Assembly (NCBI RefSeq): GCF_001447785.1
Contig: NW_015169174.1
Span: 585,729-649,728, forward strand
From: Gekko japonicus
Lineage: Eukaryota
Reading direction: 5' to 3'
Length of the DNA: 64,000 nucleotides
Numbering within the stretch: the stretch's first letter is position 1; every line of letters starts with the position of its first letter. Shown here in pieces: positions 44,223-56,900 of the stretch. Below the pieces are notes generated by a model that did no database searches, was not told the origin of the DNA, and saw only the letters and a program-made list of their open reading frames with translations. The position numbers and the translations under genes are program-made.

Positions 44223-47200
44223 CTGCAAAAGAGAATGGAACCTTAAGAGAGAACTACAGGGAGATATACAGAAGCTTGTTTATATACCCTGGTCTATAGC
44301 AAAGCGGTTATGATGCTGCTGTTGAACCCAAAAAAGGAAGCAGCTAAAGGTGATGTAGGACCCCAGTTCCAGATTTCCTCTCCTTCCAACAGCACCATAC
44401 CTCTTTCTCTCAACACCCAGGAACACCTTCCAGTTGCCCAAAGGACCGTAGCTGTATGGGTTTCGAAACACCTAGAGCCAAGGAAGATGGGTCATGAAAT
44501 AGCACTTGGGTAGTTGCTTCTAACACAGCCACCCTTCCATTTAGCATAGCAACCCCTATTCAGAGAGGCCATTGCTAAAGCCCACCCAAATGGCCAGACA
44601 GGTGGTGCAGCAACTCACACTCTTCACTTGGTATTAAAATGTATGTCCTACCTATTTTATATAAAACTGCAGTCTGTTTTCAGCACACTAAAATGAAGGG
44701 CAAATAGAACAACACTAAAGATAAAACTAAAAACAGCTGAAAGTTCAGCCTCTCTCCCTCATCACCTTCCCCTTCTTCTGGAGCCTCTTTTTCTCTTTGC
44801 GGTTGATGTGTCTTTCAATGCTGGTCTCACCCCGGGTGATGAGGACAGTGTGCCAGATCATGAGGGCTCCCAGGGCCAAGGCCACTGAACTGGGGGAGGA
44901 AAGAGGAAAGCTGCAACAACAAGTAGGCTGATATAGCCACAGTCAAGATACCGTAAAGGTAGCAAGAGTTTCAGACTAAGATATTTGGGTGTGTCCTCTT
45001 TGGCAGAGGGTAGCTAAGCAAGAATGATGAATCACCCTGAAAGTGCTTTGGGAGGGGCCTTTCTCCTTCTTTTCTCCCATGACTACTCAAAACCAAAAGA
45101 TCACCTACCTGCAAAGGACCCAGGCGTACACAACACTCTTGTGGAAAGCTCTCTGGTGGAAGGTGAAGGTAGGTGGTGGTGTCTGACCATAAGTCTGCAA
45201 AGTAAAGGACATGTTGCCCTATTCAGATGCAAAAACTCAGACAGCTGGAACCCAAAGTAGCAAGATGTAGAAGGGGCTTTCTAGAACAAACAACCAGACA
45301 GACTGCACACTAAATAGACAGCTACCTTCTAAGAGACAGGGACTGCAATGATCATGATTCAGAAACTGGGCAGAGCATGGGGACCAGGGCTGGGGATTTG
45401 CTTCCCTCCCATCGTTGCTTTCTAAATAAGGACAGAACATATCTACTCTTTGGGACTCCCCTGTGGGGAAGAAGCCTTTTCTACCCAGTCAGGGGAATCT
45501 GACTTATTACATTCAGTGTTCTAGATTCATTCCTAGGAGAAAAGCAGGAAGGTCCTGTACCATGCTCTGTCCCGTCTCTGACTTGAACAGATGAGGAGCA
45601 GGTACCCCACCTGATTGGCTGTCACTTGCAGTCTCTCCTTGGCAAGCAGTTTCATTTTCTATCGGATGGAAAACAGGCTGCCAGTTAAACACACTCATTT
45701 CTTGATCTACTCACCCCAGCTGCATGTGGCAGGACCAGAAATGAAGAGCCCCTTTCTCCCCCTGCCACCAGCAAACACCCCAGAGCTTAGCTCAACCAGG
45801 AACCTCACCTCAATGGCAGCATAGGCCTCCCAGAACATGTCCCAGCCGCTGATGCTGCTGTAGATGCAGCCCATGGTCATGAAGAGGCAGAAGGAGAAAA
45901 AGTAACGATGGTTGAAGTGCCCAACGCAGTTATTCAGCCATGCTGCCCCGTGGTGTTAAAGGTCTGTAACTGCAAGCAAAAAGCCAACCCTCCCGAAAGT
46001 GCAACTAAGGACATCATTCCATCCCATCCTGTTCCTACAGTATGTAGTGGTGAGTGTGTTGTTGGGCTAGGATCAGGGAGCTCCAGATCTGTGGAAGTTT
46101 GCTGGATGACCTTGGGCTAGCTCTCAGCTAGATGTGCCTCAAAGGGTTGTGGTGGTGAGGATTAAATGGAAGAGAGGAATAGGACGTTGTACACCTCTTT
46201 GGGGTAAATGCATTCTTCCTTGCTTTACAAAGGGAACAATAGCGTGTTTTGAGAGCTGCTCTTTTAAGCCAAAATTCAGCAAGCCAGAAGGAAGCTCTAG
46301 GGTGGTGCTTCATAGAGGAAACATCGCAAGTGTGAGACCAAATGGTTAACTCTGAAGTACTGGTGAGGTGTACCTCACACCATACAAACTTCCTCCTCTT
46401 TGATGTCTCTTTGAGACATTCAGCCTCAGGAGACCCCTATATTCCCTTCACTGTAATAAGGAGTCTGTCGGTCGCTAGGGGCAGGTGGCCCAGACTCTCC
46501 TGGACTGCAGGACACTAGCCCTTCCCCTGAGTTCAAAGTATGAGCTTGTCAGTGAGATGAAAGGATACGGCAGTGATGGTCCATCTTCAGCACACACCTG
46601 TGGGAGGAAGGTAGCATTGATTCTGAGTGCTGTTGTACAGAGGATAGAAATGAGAGATGGGAGTGCTGACAAGGCAGCACAGCTAAGGTAACAGCCACAA
46701 TAGATCTGGCACAGCAGTGCGGTGATAGAGGGAGGGAGAAATGGGAGATCAGCTACTGTATGGGTACTGTATGGGTTCATCATATACATTCAAGCAAGCA
46801 GTAGATTTCCACTTAGGTTGAGCTCCTTATTGCCGTCTATACAAGCCCCCAGTCCTACTTCCAACTGCCTTGGGGAATATTACCTGTGCTAAGAACACTC
46901 CTAGAGCTAAGACTACAGGTATTTTGTAGATCTGTAAATGTACAACATGTAGAATTTAGTATCCAGCACATAATTCAGCTTCTTGATAATGTTAGCTTTC
47001 ATTATAAATAGTAACGAAAGCAAGTCTCAAAAACTTTACTGCTCTCAGTGGTATTACAGGCTTTAAAATTGGTGACAGTGCCTAAGAAAACCTAAAAGGG
47101 TAAAGTTGATCCAAATCTCCAGTAATCAATTAACAAGGCTTCAATGCTCCATATAGTTCCTTCTCGTTCCCTGCCTGCTTTTCAGGAACTATGCAAATTG

Positions 47201-50021
47201 CAACTCTGCTCAATTTGCATAGCGTATTCATGTTACAGAATTTCTTCCTTATACTTTGCCATCCTTGCATAGTAGGCCGATCTCCTAGCACAAACTGTCG
47301 GTGTATCCAAAAGGACCATGATTGGAGCTCTACTCACAAAGTAGATTTTTTCCCCTCCTCCCTCTTGCCTGTGAAAAGCAACTCCTGGGAGTTGGGGACC
47401 ATCAGGAGCAGTATGGGATTTAACACTGTCTGTAGTGGAAAGGGGAGAATTAGCAAAAATTACCCTCCAACAAGTAGAAGCACCCTTCTGCTTAGGGAAG
47501 AGGGACAGTGGATCCAACCGTATTAACTGATGCTACTGTATTATATAACAGCTGGACCTCTCAAAGGGAGAATCGGATGGATTTATAACTGCAACATTAC
47601 ACGCTTACTTAGTCTTCCTAGTCACATTCTTAACAGAGAACACATATTGCGTGGGCAGCCTGCTAAGCACTTATACCGTACTTCAATTCTAAAGCATAGG
47701 TTGTTCAAAAAAAAAAAAAAAAGATTCAGTCCTGCATTGGAAGAAACTCAAATTTCATGGCCAAAATTAAACAGAATATATTGACTAAAAGGAATATGTC
47801 ACTCTCATTGGGATGCTTTAGTCTGAAGCAAGTTGGAGGAAACTGAAGGGTAAGAGCAGTACAGGAAGGGGAATATGGAAAGAAGAGAAGAGAGATTGGG
47901 TTTATAACCCGCCCTTCACTACCCAAAGGAGTCTCAGAGCGGCTTACAAACTCCTTTCCCTTCCCCTCCCCACAACAGACACCCTGTGAGGTAGGTGGGG
48001 CTGAGAGAGCTCTTGACAGAAACTGCTCTTTTTCAAGAACAGCTGTGCCAGAGTTATGGCTCGCCCAAGGTCATCCAGCAGGTGCAAGTGGAGGAGTGGG
48101 GAATCAAACCCAGTTCTTCCAGATTAGAGTCTGCACACTTAACCACTACACCAAACTGGAAACCAAAAGATTTGTTTAAATCCTTAGCAATGTGTACCAG
48201 ACACATGATTCTACAACAGATTTCATAAAACATGCAGATGTAATTTCACAAGGCAAACCAGCCTAGCTTTCAGCATGCTAATAGATGTTCCAAGAACCCC
48301 TTATGCAGAAATAAGAAATACAACCTGCAGATCCTGTGGGAGGCTCAGTGGTACAGAATTCATCCCAAGCCCACTCCATATAAAAGCACTTCAGGTACTC
48401 ATGCTGGGAAAACTTCTGCCTTGAGACTCTGGAGCCACTGCCTGTCTAAATATACAGTACTGGCTTTGATGGACTGAAGGGCTGGCTCAGAATAAGGCAA
48501 TGCCATATGTTCATATCCAAGGTTCAGATCTAGCTTATCCAAAGATATATGTTCAATTGGTTTTCATATCTGTTTTTAAATTCAGTAGCTGTATTTTGCA
48601 AAGGATTTAAGGTTTGCATATATTTCTCTGAAGTATTTCTACTGAGATTAATGTCGAAGAACAAAACTCACAATACACCAGGGGAGTGAGAAGCATAAGG
48701 ATACCCTCATTCTGACATAGGGAGAACGCCCACCTGTTGCAGATGCTGCAGTGGTGGGTCCTGGCAGGCTTCGGGGCAATACATTTCCTGCAGATGGAGA
48801 CAGCAGCGATGTCACTCCTGGACTGCTAGAGGAAGGAAACAGCAGGGGCTCTTCAGCATTCTGTTGCAAGGATGCTGCCACCTAACACTAACTCAGAACA
48901 AGCTGGAGTCAAGAACACTTGGACCCAGGCATTCCAGAGCCACACATAAGGGCAGCTCCAGGCCAGCCTTTCCCTTTTGTCGTTTTGCAAGGCATGAAAT
49001 GGTGGGAAATCCTGCCAAGCAGCCCTGCTTCAGATATCAGCATAAAAAAGCCCCCCTGAGGCATCAAAGTCCTGCACCCCCTGCTGAAAGAAGAAGAAAA
49101 TTGAGGCCTCAGCTGCCCTACCTGTGGAGGGTAACCAGGCTGAGTAGTGATGGCCATGTAGTAGTGGAAGACAATCATGACGAGGTTCCAGTGGCCATAA
49201 ATGAAATGCCAGAAGATCCAGGGAAGAGGGTAGGTCCGCAGAATGAGTGGCAAGAGGCACACATACACGATGCACACCACTGAGCTGGTCAGAATGATCA
49301 CCAATGCAACAAACACCTGTTTGACAGATCAGGGAAGGGACTAAGTCACTAGCACAGTGTTGCTGGATGAATCCCTTTGATAAAGCTTGCTTGGACACCC
49401 ATTAGCCCCAAAAGCACAACAGCTTTGGGGAGTGGACAAAGGATTATGTGAATCCATCCCATCTCCTCCCACATCTGTATCTCCCCCTTGCTTGGCAGGA
49501 AGGGTTGCAGCTCAGTGAAAAAGCATCTCCTTTGCGTGCAGGAAGTCCCAGATTCAATCCTCAGCATCACAAGAATCAGGAAGTGGGTGATGTGAAAAAC
49601 CTGGCTGAGACCCTGGAAAGCTGCTGCCAGTCAGAGTAAACAATGCTGGCCTTGATCATCTAGGACAGCTTCATGTGTTTCAAGTAGCTACTCAAAATGG
49701 CTGGGGGCAGCATCTCTAAAAGTCAGAGCTGGAACTGCCTCCCATAGACTTTTAGGCTCCGCACCTCTTCCTACAGGTACTTACCACTCCAAACCAACGG
49801 GTGATGTGATCCACCAGCCAGTAGACAGGCTCAAAGAGAGCATCAAGGGCAGTGTCACTATCAATGAAGGAGTTGTACAGCAGAGAGCGCACACACAGAC
49901 GTCCATATAGCCACAGCTGCCACACCTTCTGAGTTGGCCAGAACCGGTGGCGCTGACCTATCCGCAGGCACCTCAGTAAGAGGCGCATGACAGCAGAGAA
50001 TATCCACCGGCGAGTCCTCAT
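44108..50021 (-). CDS. ZDHHC16: ZDHHC16 palmitoyltransferase, coding span; 10 coding exons, 1128 nt, 375 aa
   Basis: Intact DHHC-CRD ([44 protein letters not shown]); exons match recalled human ZDHHC16. Confidence 0.97.
44401..44471 (-). CDS. ZDHHC16: ZDHHC16 coding exon 9 (VFRNPYSYGPLGNWKVFLGVERK)
   Basis: 71 nt; AG/GT flanks; homology. Confidence 0.96.
44766..44889 (-). CDS. ZDHHC16: ZDHHC16 coding exon 8 (SVALALGAL...RGETSIERHIN...KGK)
   Basis: 124 nt; AG/GT flanks; homology. Confidence 0.96.
45109..45194 (-). CDS. ZDHHC16: ZDHHC16 coding exon 7 (TYGQTPPPTFTFHQRAFHKSVVYAWVLC)
   Basis: 86 nt; AG/GT flanks; homology. Confidence 0.95.
45611..45658 (-). CDS. ZDHHC16: ZDHHC16 coding exon 6 (KMKLLAKERLQVTANQ)
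   Basis: 48 nt; homology to KMKQLDKNKLQAVANQ. Confidence 0.92.
45809..45942 (-). CDS. ZDHHC16: ZDHHC16 coding exon 5 ([18 protein letters not shown]...AYAAIE)
   Basis: 134 nt; homology. Confidence 0.96.
45943..46568 (-). other. ZDHHC16: U12-type (minor spliceosome) GT-AG intron in ZDHHC16
   Basis: 5'ss GTATCCTTT; branch CCTTTAAC (45955-45962) ending 12 nt before the exon; no polypyrimidine tract. Confidence 0.9.
46569..46597 (-). CDS. ZDHHC16: ZDHHC16 coding exon 4 (CVLKMDHHC), followed by U12 donor
   Basis: 29 nt; donor GTATCCTT. Confidence 0.95.
47880..48159 (-). mobile_element. Young Squam3-like SINE
   Basis: Reverse complement of 41267-41557. Confidence 0.9.
48335..48513 (+). mobile_element. 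Squam2-like SINE (degenerate)
   Basis: GGCTCAGTGGTA head; family tail ...AAGGCAATGCCATATGTTC. Confidence 0.55.
48734..48822 (-). CDS. ZDHHC16: ZDHHC16 coding exon 3 ([29 protein letters not shown])
   Basis: 89 nt; TAGCAG tandem acceptor. Confidence 0.95.
49122..49316 (-). CDS. ZDHHC16: ZDHHC16 coding exon 2 (VFVALV...PGYPPQ)
   Basis: 195 nt; AG/GT flanks; homology. Confidence 0.96.
49500..49681 (+). mobile_element. Squam2-like SINE
   Basis: Head and CTGAGACCCTGGAAAGCTGCTGCCAGTC body. Confidence 0.65.
49785..50021 (-). CDS. ZDHHC16: ZDHHC16 first coding exon (MRTRRW...FEPVYWLVDHITRWFGV); exon starts at 50037
   Basis: Acceptor CCCCAG just upstream of 50037; donor GTG|GTAAGT. Confidence 0.93.
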
Positions 50022-50837
50022 TCCTGCCACTCAAATCCTGGGGAAGGAGGGAGGCAGCTGCATCAAGACCACCCTCTTTGTAACTCAGACATTTCAAGAG
50101 TGTGAGCAAAGGCTTGAAGCCTGGCATTCAGGAGCCTGTGCTGGGCTTAATTCCCTGGCATTACAACAATAAGGAGCCACTCGGTGCTACAGGGATGAGG
50201 AACAGTCACTGCCAATCCAGAATACTGTTTTAGATGCGACTTTGCTAACATTTCTGTCTACCCCCCCCCCCCAAAATGGAACTGCAGATCTTGTGTGGCC
50301 AAAGATGCATTAAGTTCAAGAGACAGCATGTTGACCAGACACTAGGTGCCAAAGGGGCATATTTAGTGAGAGTAAGTTCTGGGATCCTTTCCCAAATGTC
50401 ATTGGATTGGATCCTATAGAACTTTTCTGCTAACTGTATAGTCCAAGGAGCCTTGGACCAACTGAAGATCCTCTTACAATGGAGGAAAATGTCACCATTA
50501 GTGGAAAACATTCTGTAGGAGCCAACCTGTTGTATTAACTAAGGACAATCATGATAAAGAGAAAGACAAAATGCCACAGAGGAAACTGGAGATATAGACA
50601 CTATTCATGCACTAAGCAAGTCCCAAGACCTGTTAGCAATCCCCAGAGTTGGGGAGGGAGAAGAGGTAAATTAAGGTCAGTGATAAAGATTCACCCAGAA
50701 TACATAATGTGTTACAGAGCTGGGCACTTGTAGATTTCAGATGGCTATCACACAGGGAAAGGCCTGCATCCTTCCTCACACCCCTTCCTGCTCATTTGCA
50801 TTACTGTAGAATACCTGCGGTTTGAGAAGCACACTAA

Positions 50838-50966
50838 GGCTGCGGTCACACACACTAAATAATCCTCTTTCAATGCACTTTTCAACTGGATTTTACTGTG
50901 TGAATTGGCAAAATCCAGTTGGAAAGTGGATTGAAAGTGGATTATTTAGTGTGTGTGACCGCAGCC
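50838..50966. mobile_element. Palindromic MITE, PIF/Harbinger-like
   Basis: 129-bp near-perfect palindrome GGCTGCGGTCACACACACTAAATAATCC...; flanks TAA / GAA. Confidence 0.75.
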
Positions 50967-51131
50967 GAAGTAAGAAGGAGACACACATTCCCAAAACCAA
51001 GTTCAGTCATGCATTTTTTTTTGGGGGGGGGGGGGTTAGCCTATCCCCTTGTCCCCTTAAAATGGGACAGTTATCCCATTTAAACCAGTCTACTGTGCCT
51101 GACACGGCCAAAAAGACTCAAATAAGAAGCC

Positions 51132-51404
51132 GAGGAGGGGGAGGAGATTGGATTTATACCCCGCCCTTCACTACCTGAAGGAGTCTCAGAGTGATTTACA
51201 ATCCCTTTTCCTCCCCACAACAGACACTCTGTGAGGGACATAGGGCTGAGAGAGCTCTCTCTGAGAACTGCCCTTGAGAAAACAGCTCTGAAAGAACTTA
51301 TGACCGACACAAGGTCACACCAGCAGCTGCATGTGGAGGAGTGGGGAATCAAACCTGGTTCTCCCAGATTAGAGTTTGAGCCCCTAACCACTACACCAAA
51401 CTGG
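51132..51404 (-). mobile_element. Young Squam3-like SINE
   Basis: Reverse complement of the 41267 family. Confidence 0.88.
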
Positions 51405-52220
51405 TTGAAAGAGGGGCTGAAAGAATGATGGAGCTTACCTGTTTGCATGAACCCTGGTGTCGAGCTGCAACTAATGTAAGAGCAAGAAGGAACCTGAGCT
51501 AGGCCAGCTCTGGAGAAAGCTGATCTTGGCCAATTAATATTAACCAACAGTGGTGATCTTGTGAACCTCAAGGGGTGGTGGCCTTAAGTAAGGAGTGACC
51601 CAGCAAGGAGTGGCAGGCAGGAACAGCACAAAGGGACCGAGAATGACAATGGAGCACCTCATAAGAGCAGGCTTGAGCCTAGCCTAGCAGCAAACACAAT
51701 TTCCAGACTTCACTCAGTCTTACTGAGACAGCCCCCCCCCCCGCCCCAATCTACTCATTTCATATCCTTGATTTACATTTCAGGAGGCATTCTGAAGCTA
51801 CGCCAGCCAGGGTAAAACATGTTCTTGTGCTACCAAAAGGGAGCATACTCTCTCTTATTAGTCTCTCATATGAAACCTAGCAGTACTGTTTGGTTCATCT
51901 TAAGGACATATCATCCAAAAGAAGAGATTCTGCGGGCTGCTAAAACACCAGTATGATATACAGTAGTAATTTACAAAGTTAAGCTGGGTAGGACTGCTGC
52001 ATAGCCTCCAACACATTAACACATTTTTAGAAGAAAGGGATCAGTGTGGAGCTGTATCCGTCTACAGTCTGTTAATTCTCAAATGATAGAAACTCCAACA
52101 GAATTTGGCTATATGTGGTGTATATATGGCCAGGTTTTTGTATGGGCAATACACCAGACCCTGTCCCCCTAAATTCCTCCCTAAGACAGGAGAGTTTCTT
52201 ATATTAACACACCTAATGAT

Positions 52221-52314
52221 TAGTGTTCCCTCTAAACCGCCCACAACTTTAATGCCAGGAGCTCACAAATTAGAATTTTTGCTCACAAGAGTCCACAGCT
52301 TAGAGGGAGCATTG
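52221..52314 (-). mobile_element. Internally deleted hAT MITE (same family as 37350 and 56103)
   Basis: Both TIRs present; TSD CTAATGAT / ATAATGAT. Confidence 0.75.
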
Positions 52315-53199
52315 ATAATGATGTGGTCACTCAGTTTTCTTACAGGGGAATATTCTGAAGCACAGTTTCAGGGTTCAGGCTCACATGGGGCCAGATGCTG
52401 AGCGCTCAGCTCCACTAGCCTGTTCATATGGAGATTACAGTACATAATACACACACACAGGCATTGTTGCTGAGAGCAGTCAGATCACCCAGCCTGTTCT
52501 CTGCCAGCTGGGCAGAGTTGGCATAATTCCTAGGCGCAGATTAAGGGCAATCTTTTTAAAAACCGGCAGCATCACCCTTCTAGCAGATGGCAGCACAGAA
52601 AATCTTCACCAGTGGAAGAACATTAATAACTGAGAGATGCTCATCAGACCTGCGTGGGTGAAAATCAGAATGCACTTTGTAGTGGGAGACCTCCCTGAGG
52701 GACATTTTAGTCATTCTGTATGAAAAAAGGTCAGCCAACGTTGTAATGCCACCCTTGTCTGAAGCTCCAGCTTCTCTACTCCGATTCGTGGACATGACAC
52801 AACCCGGATAACGGTTACTGAGAGGGTATTTGGGGTGGGGGAGGGAAGTCGGGGCATACCCTCCACCAACCTTTTCAGACTGTCTATAAACCCAGAACCA
52901 TCGAAACTTTACATTCCACGGAGGTCCATTGAAACACGCACGCTGAGGGTATAGTCTCAGAATAGCAGAAGAAGAAGGAACTAGGCAACGTCTGCGGGAG
53001 CGAAGGGGACCGACATCCAGTTGTGTCTCACAACACAACGCACAACGGCATCCACAGAAACGCTGGAAAGGGGGGGGGGGGGGGGGGGGAGACAACAGTA
53101 TCTCAGCAAATAGCAATAGGCTGTGCCCCTAACAGCAATGGAGAAAGGGAGTACCCCGGTAAGGGGAAAGGACGGTCTCTTTCAAAGCATGCCGGGCTA

Positions 53200-53900
53200 A
53201 AGGCGACTTACCCCAGTATGCACCGCAGGGACACAGCGTGAGAAGGATCCGTTTCTCACCCGACGCCTCCATTCTCTGAGACGAGACAAACGGCTCTCCG
53301 GTCACCGCATCCACCCAGACATCTCTTATCCTGGTCACCCTTATCCAAAGCTTATCGCGCATGCACTCCCCCGAATGGAACTACAAATCCCATCGGGTAT
53401 CGCGCGACTCGGTCATGCTTTCTCCCTCTAGCGTTACTTTTTCTCAGTCAGTTGACTCAAACAACAGGAAAAAGTGTGTGGGGAGAGTCACGTGACAGAA
53501 GGACTAACTAACGATGTGGGTGCCTACAGCTGCCCCGAGTGGTAGGAGGTCTGATTGAGGAGGAAGTGGGCGCTGTAGCCTCGGTTTCCGTCGTCCCTGA
53601 CTGCAGCATGGCTCCGGCGCGGTTTTGCGTTCCTGGTGGGTGAATGGCGGCAAATGTGTACGGGGTTGTGGGGAGGAAGGCTGAGGTGGGCCTTTAGACC
53701 GAATGAGAGTCGGACATCCTTCAGGGGATTCTGCCGGAGAGAGAGCGCGTCTTGCGCAGAACAGCCGCAGTTTAGGTTAGAATGGGAGATGGGCTAGTAG
53801 TGAGTGGAGAGATCCTCTCGCGTAGGCGCGAAGTGCTTTAGGAAGGGGATTAAACAGCGGAAAGAAATAGGTTGCTGACCGGGGGCGGGGAAAGAACTAA
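53200..53900. promoter_or_regulatory. Bidirectional CpG-island promoter ZDHHC16/EXOSC1, including the ZDHHC16 non-coding first exon
   Basis: ZNF143-type ACTACAAATCCCA 53380-53392; GTCACGTGAC 53487-53496; GCGCATGC; minus-strand donors GTGAG (53255-53259) and GTAAGT (53206-53211). Confidence 0.85.
53608..53635 (+). CDS. EXOSC1: EXOSC1 exon 1 (MAPARFCVP)
   Basis: 28 nt; AGCATGG context; donor G|GTGGGT. Confidence 0.92.
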
Positions 53901-56900
53901 AAGAAGGCAAGGCAAGACACGCGGAGAGCTGTAAATCTTTCTAACTCGGGTCGGTAATCCTGGGAATAATCAGGAACCCGGGTGAAAGAGATGCGGGCCT
54001 TGGGGTGACGCTTCTGTGCCTTCTGGCAATAAAGGAGAACTGTAGTGCTTTGCAGTTGTTGTACCTCCTTTTATTCGTAGTTCCAGAGGGTTTTACCCTG
54101 TTGTAGGAGAGTACAATAAATATCAGATCTAAAGACGGATGAAATATGGAACCAATTAACAACTGTAAGTGGTGGGATATGTGAGATGTTAGCACTTATG
54201 ATTAGTCTGGAATCGAGGCTCCTTTGTTCAGTGAGTGTGAAGATACAGTCTTGAATTTGTGAATTAATTCTAATTCAGCACTTTGGGCTTAGATCTTCCC
54301 AGTGAAATTATTTTGAAGGTGAACAATAACCTTTAGATCAGCCACAATATGGTTAATCTGTGCCGCCCACTTCTTTCTGAGCCTTTAAAAAAAAGTTAGA
54401 TTGTGTCTGTTTATTTTTTTACATAGGAATTGTCCCTGTTGTCCCATATAAAGAGACATTGTGGATACCTGATGGCATGTATTCAATTGAAGGATGTGCC
54501 CAAGGTGGTATGGCTGATGTTATTAGCATGGCTGTAATATTGCCTGAGTATATATGGGGACAAAACTGGCATCTAGATTTATTGCTGGGTTTGATTCCTG
54601 TGTTTGAGTCTCTGTTAGGCTTTCCATAGCTCTTGATGAAAAGCTGTTTTGGGTTAACAAGGAAAGTTTTGCCACCCAAACGGGAGAATATCATTTTCCA
54701 GGACGATGCTTTGGACTGGTTTATGTTGTGAGCTGTAGGTGACAATCAGTGGTGTTCTATTACTTCTCCTTTGGGCCTGTAGTGTAGCAGGGTAGTTCTG
54801 AGAATAGTATGGCTTTGTTGATCTGCTTTTTTACTTTATTGAATGGATATTGTAAATGCCTGTTGTAAACCCTTCAGGTGTAAATCTCTGTCTGAGGGAT
54901 TGGAGCAAATGAGATTGTAATGTAGTGGTTGGTTATAGGCAATGGATTGTTTTATATGCTCCAGGTAATAACTGGAGACATGCAGGCATATGTGGTAGAC
55001 AATGGATTTTCAGTATAAAGTGGTGTTCTTGTGTCAATTGCATAGTTATTTAGGGGTGTCCAGAAAATGTACCTGTTCCATGGAGGTGTCCATGCTCAAG
55101 TTGGTGGATTGAAAGTTGTTGATGTCCTGTTGAAATCTCTTCATCTTCTTCAGGAGCTGCTCTAGCCTCTCCCATAGATGGTGAGCAGGCTGTCCCCCCC
55201 CCCCCCACGCTCTGTGAGACCTAAGACAAGGAGGAAGATCAGCCATACACCACTGAAGGGAGTGCTGGTGCTTTTGGTATTTTCCTAGTGATGAGAAGCC
55301 TTCCCTACTTCCATTGCAAAGATTGGAGGGGGGGTAGGTGAGAAATAGCACTTTACAAATATCTTCCTCTGATGTATCTGAACATGCAGAATAATGCAAT
55401 AGGAGCCTTGCCAGATCTGGGACACTTAGGCTAGTTCTGCTTCTACTATGTTCTACTTTGCACCGGCTTCACCTGTTTCATTTACTGTGGCTTTTAAATA
55501 GTTTATGGTGAATACTATATAGGCCAGACTTCACAAAGCTGTTTCAATTCCTTCAACACATTATGTTTCGCCAGATACCTTCTGGAAGGGTCTGGGCACA
55601 CAGTCTATCACAGACAGGCAGACTTGGAGTTCCAGCACTGACTTCACCTTTGTATTGTATTCCCCAGGAGAGAGACTCTGCAGCTTAGAGGAAGGAACCC
55701 CTGGCAGTGGCACCTACACTCGTCATGGCTCTATATTTGCCTCTCTGGCAGGTTGTTTCATGAAGAAAAGTGAGAATGGCATGGTAAAAATGAAGCGAAT
55801 TGGGAGCAGTTGGGTTGGATATGCTCAATGTTTTAATTCGTGAGTGGGGCAAGAATCAGTGTGTGGTCTTCTGGAAATCCAAAGCTGGCTTGTTGTTCTA
55901 GCAGACAGCTTGATGCAATGCAACCAGTGGATAACAGTCCAGTTTTCTGTGCTTTTTTACAGCTGCCTGTGGTCTCTGTAATGAGGGATGTAGATTCTCA
56001 ACTTCTACCTGATGTTGGGGCCACAGTGACATGCAAGGTAATCCTGGCAGATCTTGCTAGACAAGATAGAATTGTCCTTAATGTCCTAAGAAGTGAACAG
56101 ACCAATGTTCCCTCTAAGCTGTGGAGTCTTGTGAGCAAAAATTCTACTTCTCGAGCTACTGGCATTAAAGTTGTGAGTGAGCGATGTGGCTACTGCATCA
56201 ATTAGTTTGCTCTGGAGCCATCCGTCCTGAGCTAAAACAAAAAGGTGTGAGCCGGAGGCTAAACAACTGTGAGCTAGCTCACACTAACTCGGCTTAGAGG
56301 GAACACTGGAACAGACTAGAAAATCTTGAGTGCTGCAAACCTGATTGTTGTGTATGGGCAGTGTTTTGTTGTGTTCTATTCATACACAGGCTTTCAGACT
56401 ATTTCCATGAGTCCCTGAGTTTCTTCTCTAACAGGCTAAGTGGGTCCTGGCAGGCATCTGTCCTCAGCAGATGGGGAGGGGGTGCAGGAAAAAGAGGAAA
56501 GATGCTAAGCAGTAAGATATGGCACGTGTTCCTTCTACAGAGTGTGTCATGTCCTAAATTGACTGTTCTTGATTTGCTTAACCTGAAAGTCATCTTGAAC
56601 AGCCTTTCTCTTTCTTACCCTTCTTCCCAGGTTTGCAGCATTAATTCACGTTTCGCAAAAGTCCACATCTTGTACGTCAGCTCTACACCACTGAAATCCC
56701 CATTCCGTGGAACAATACGGTAGGAAGAGATTTTGGCAAGGGGAGATTAGGCTTCTATCTCCCTTATACATAAAAGCCAGATGTTGGTGGCACTTCTCTA
56801 GAACATTCCACACGCTCCGGAACTGGTTGGCGCCCTGGTGTGTCACTCAGAATATGTCCCTATCCACTGGCTGCATTGCTTGAGTCACGCCTCCAACATT

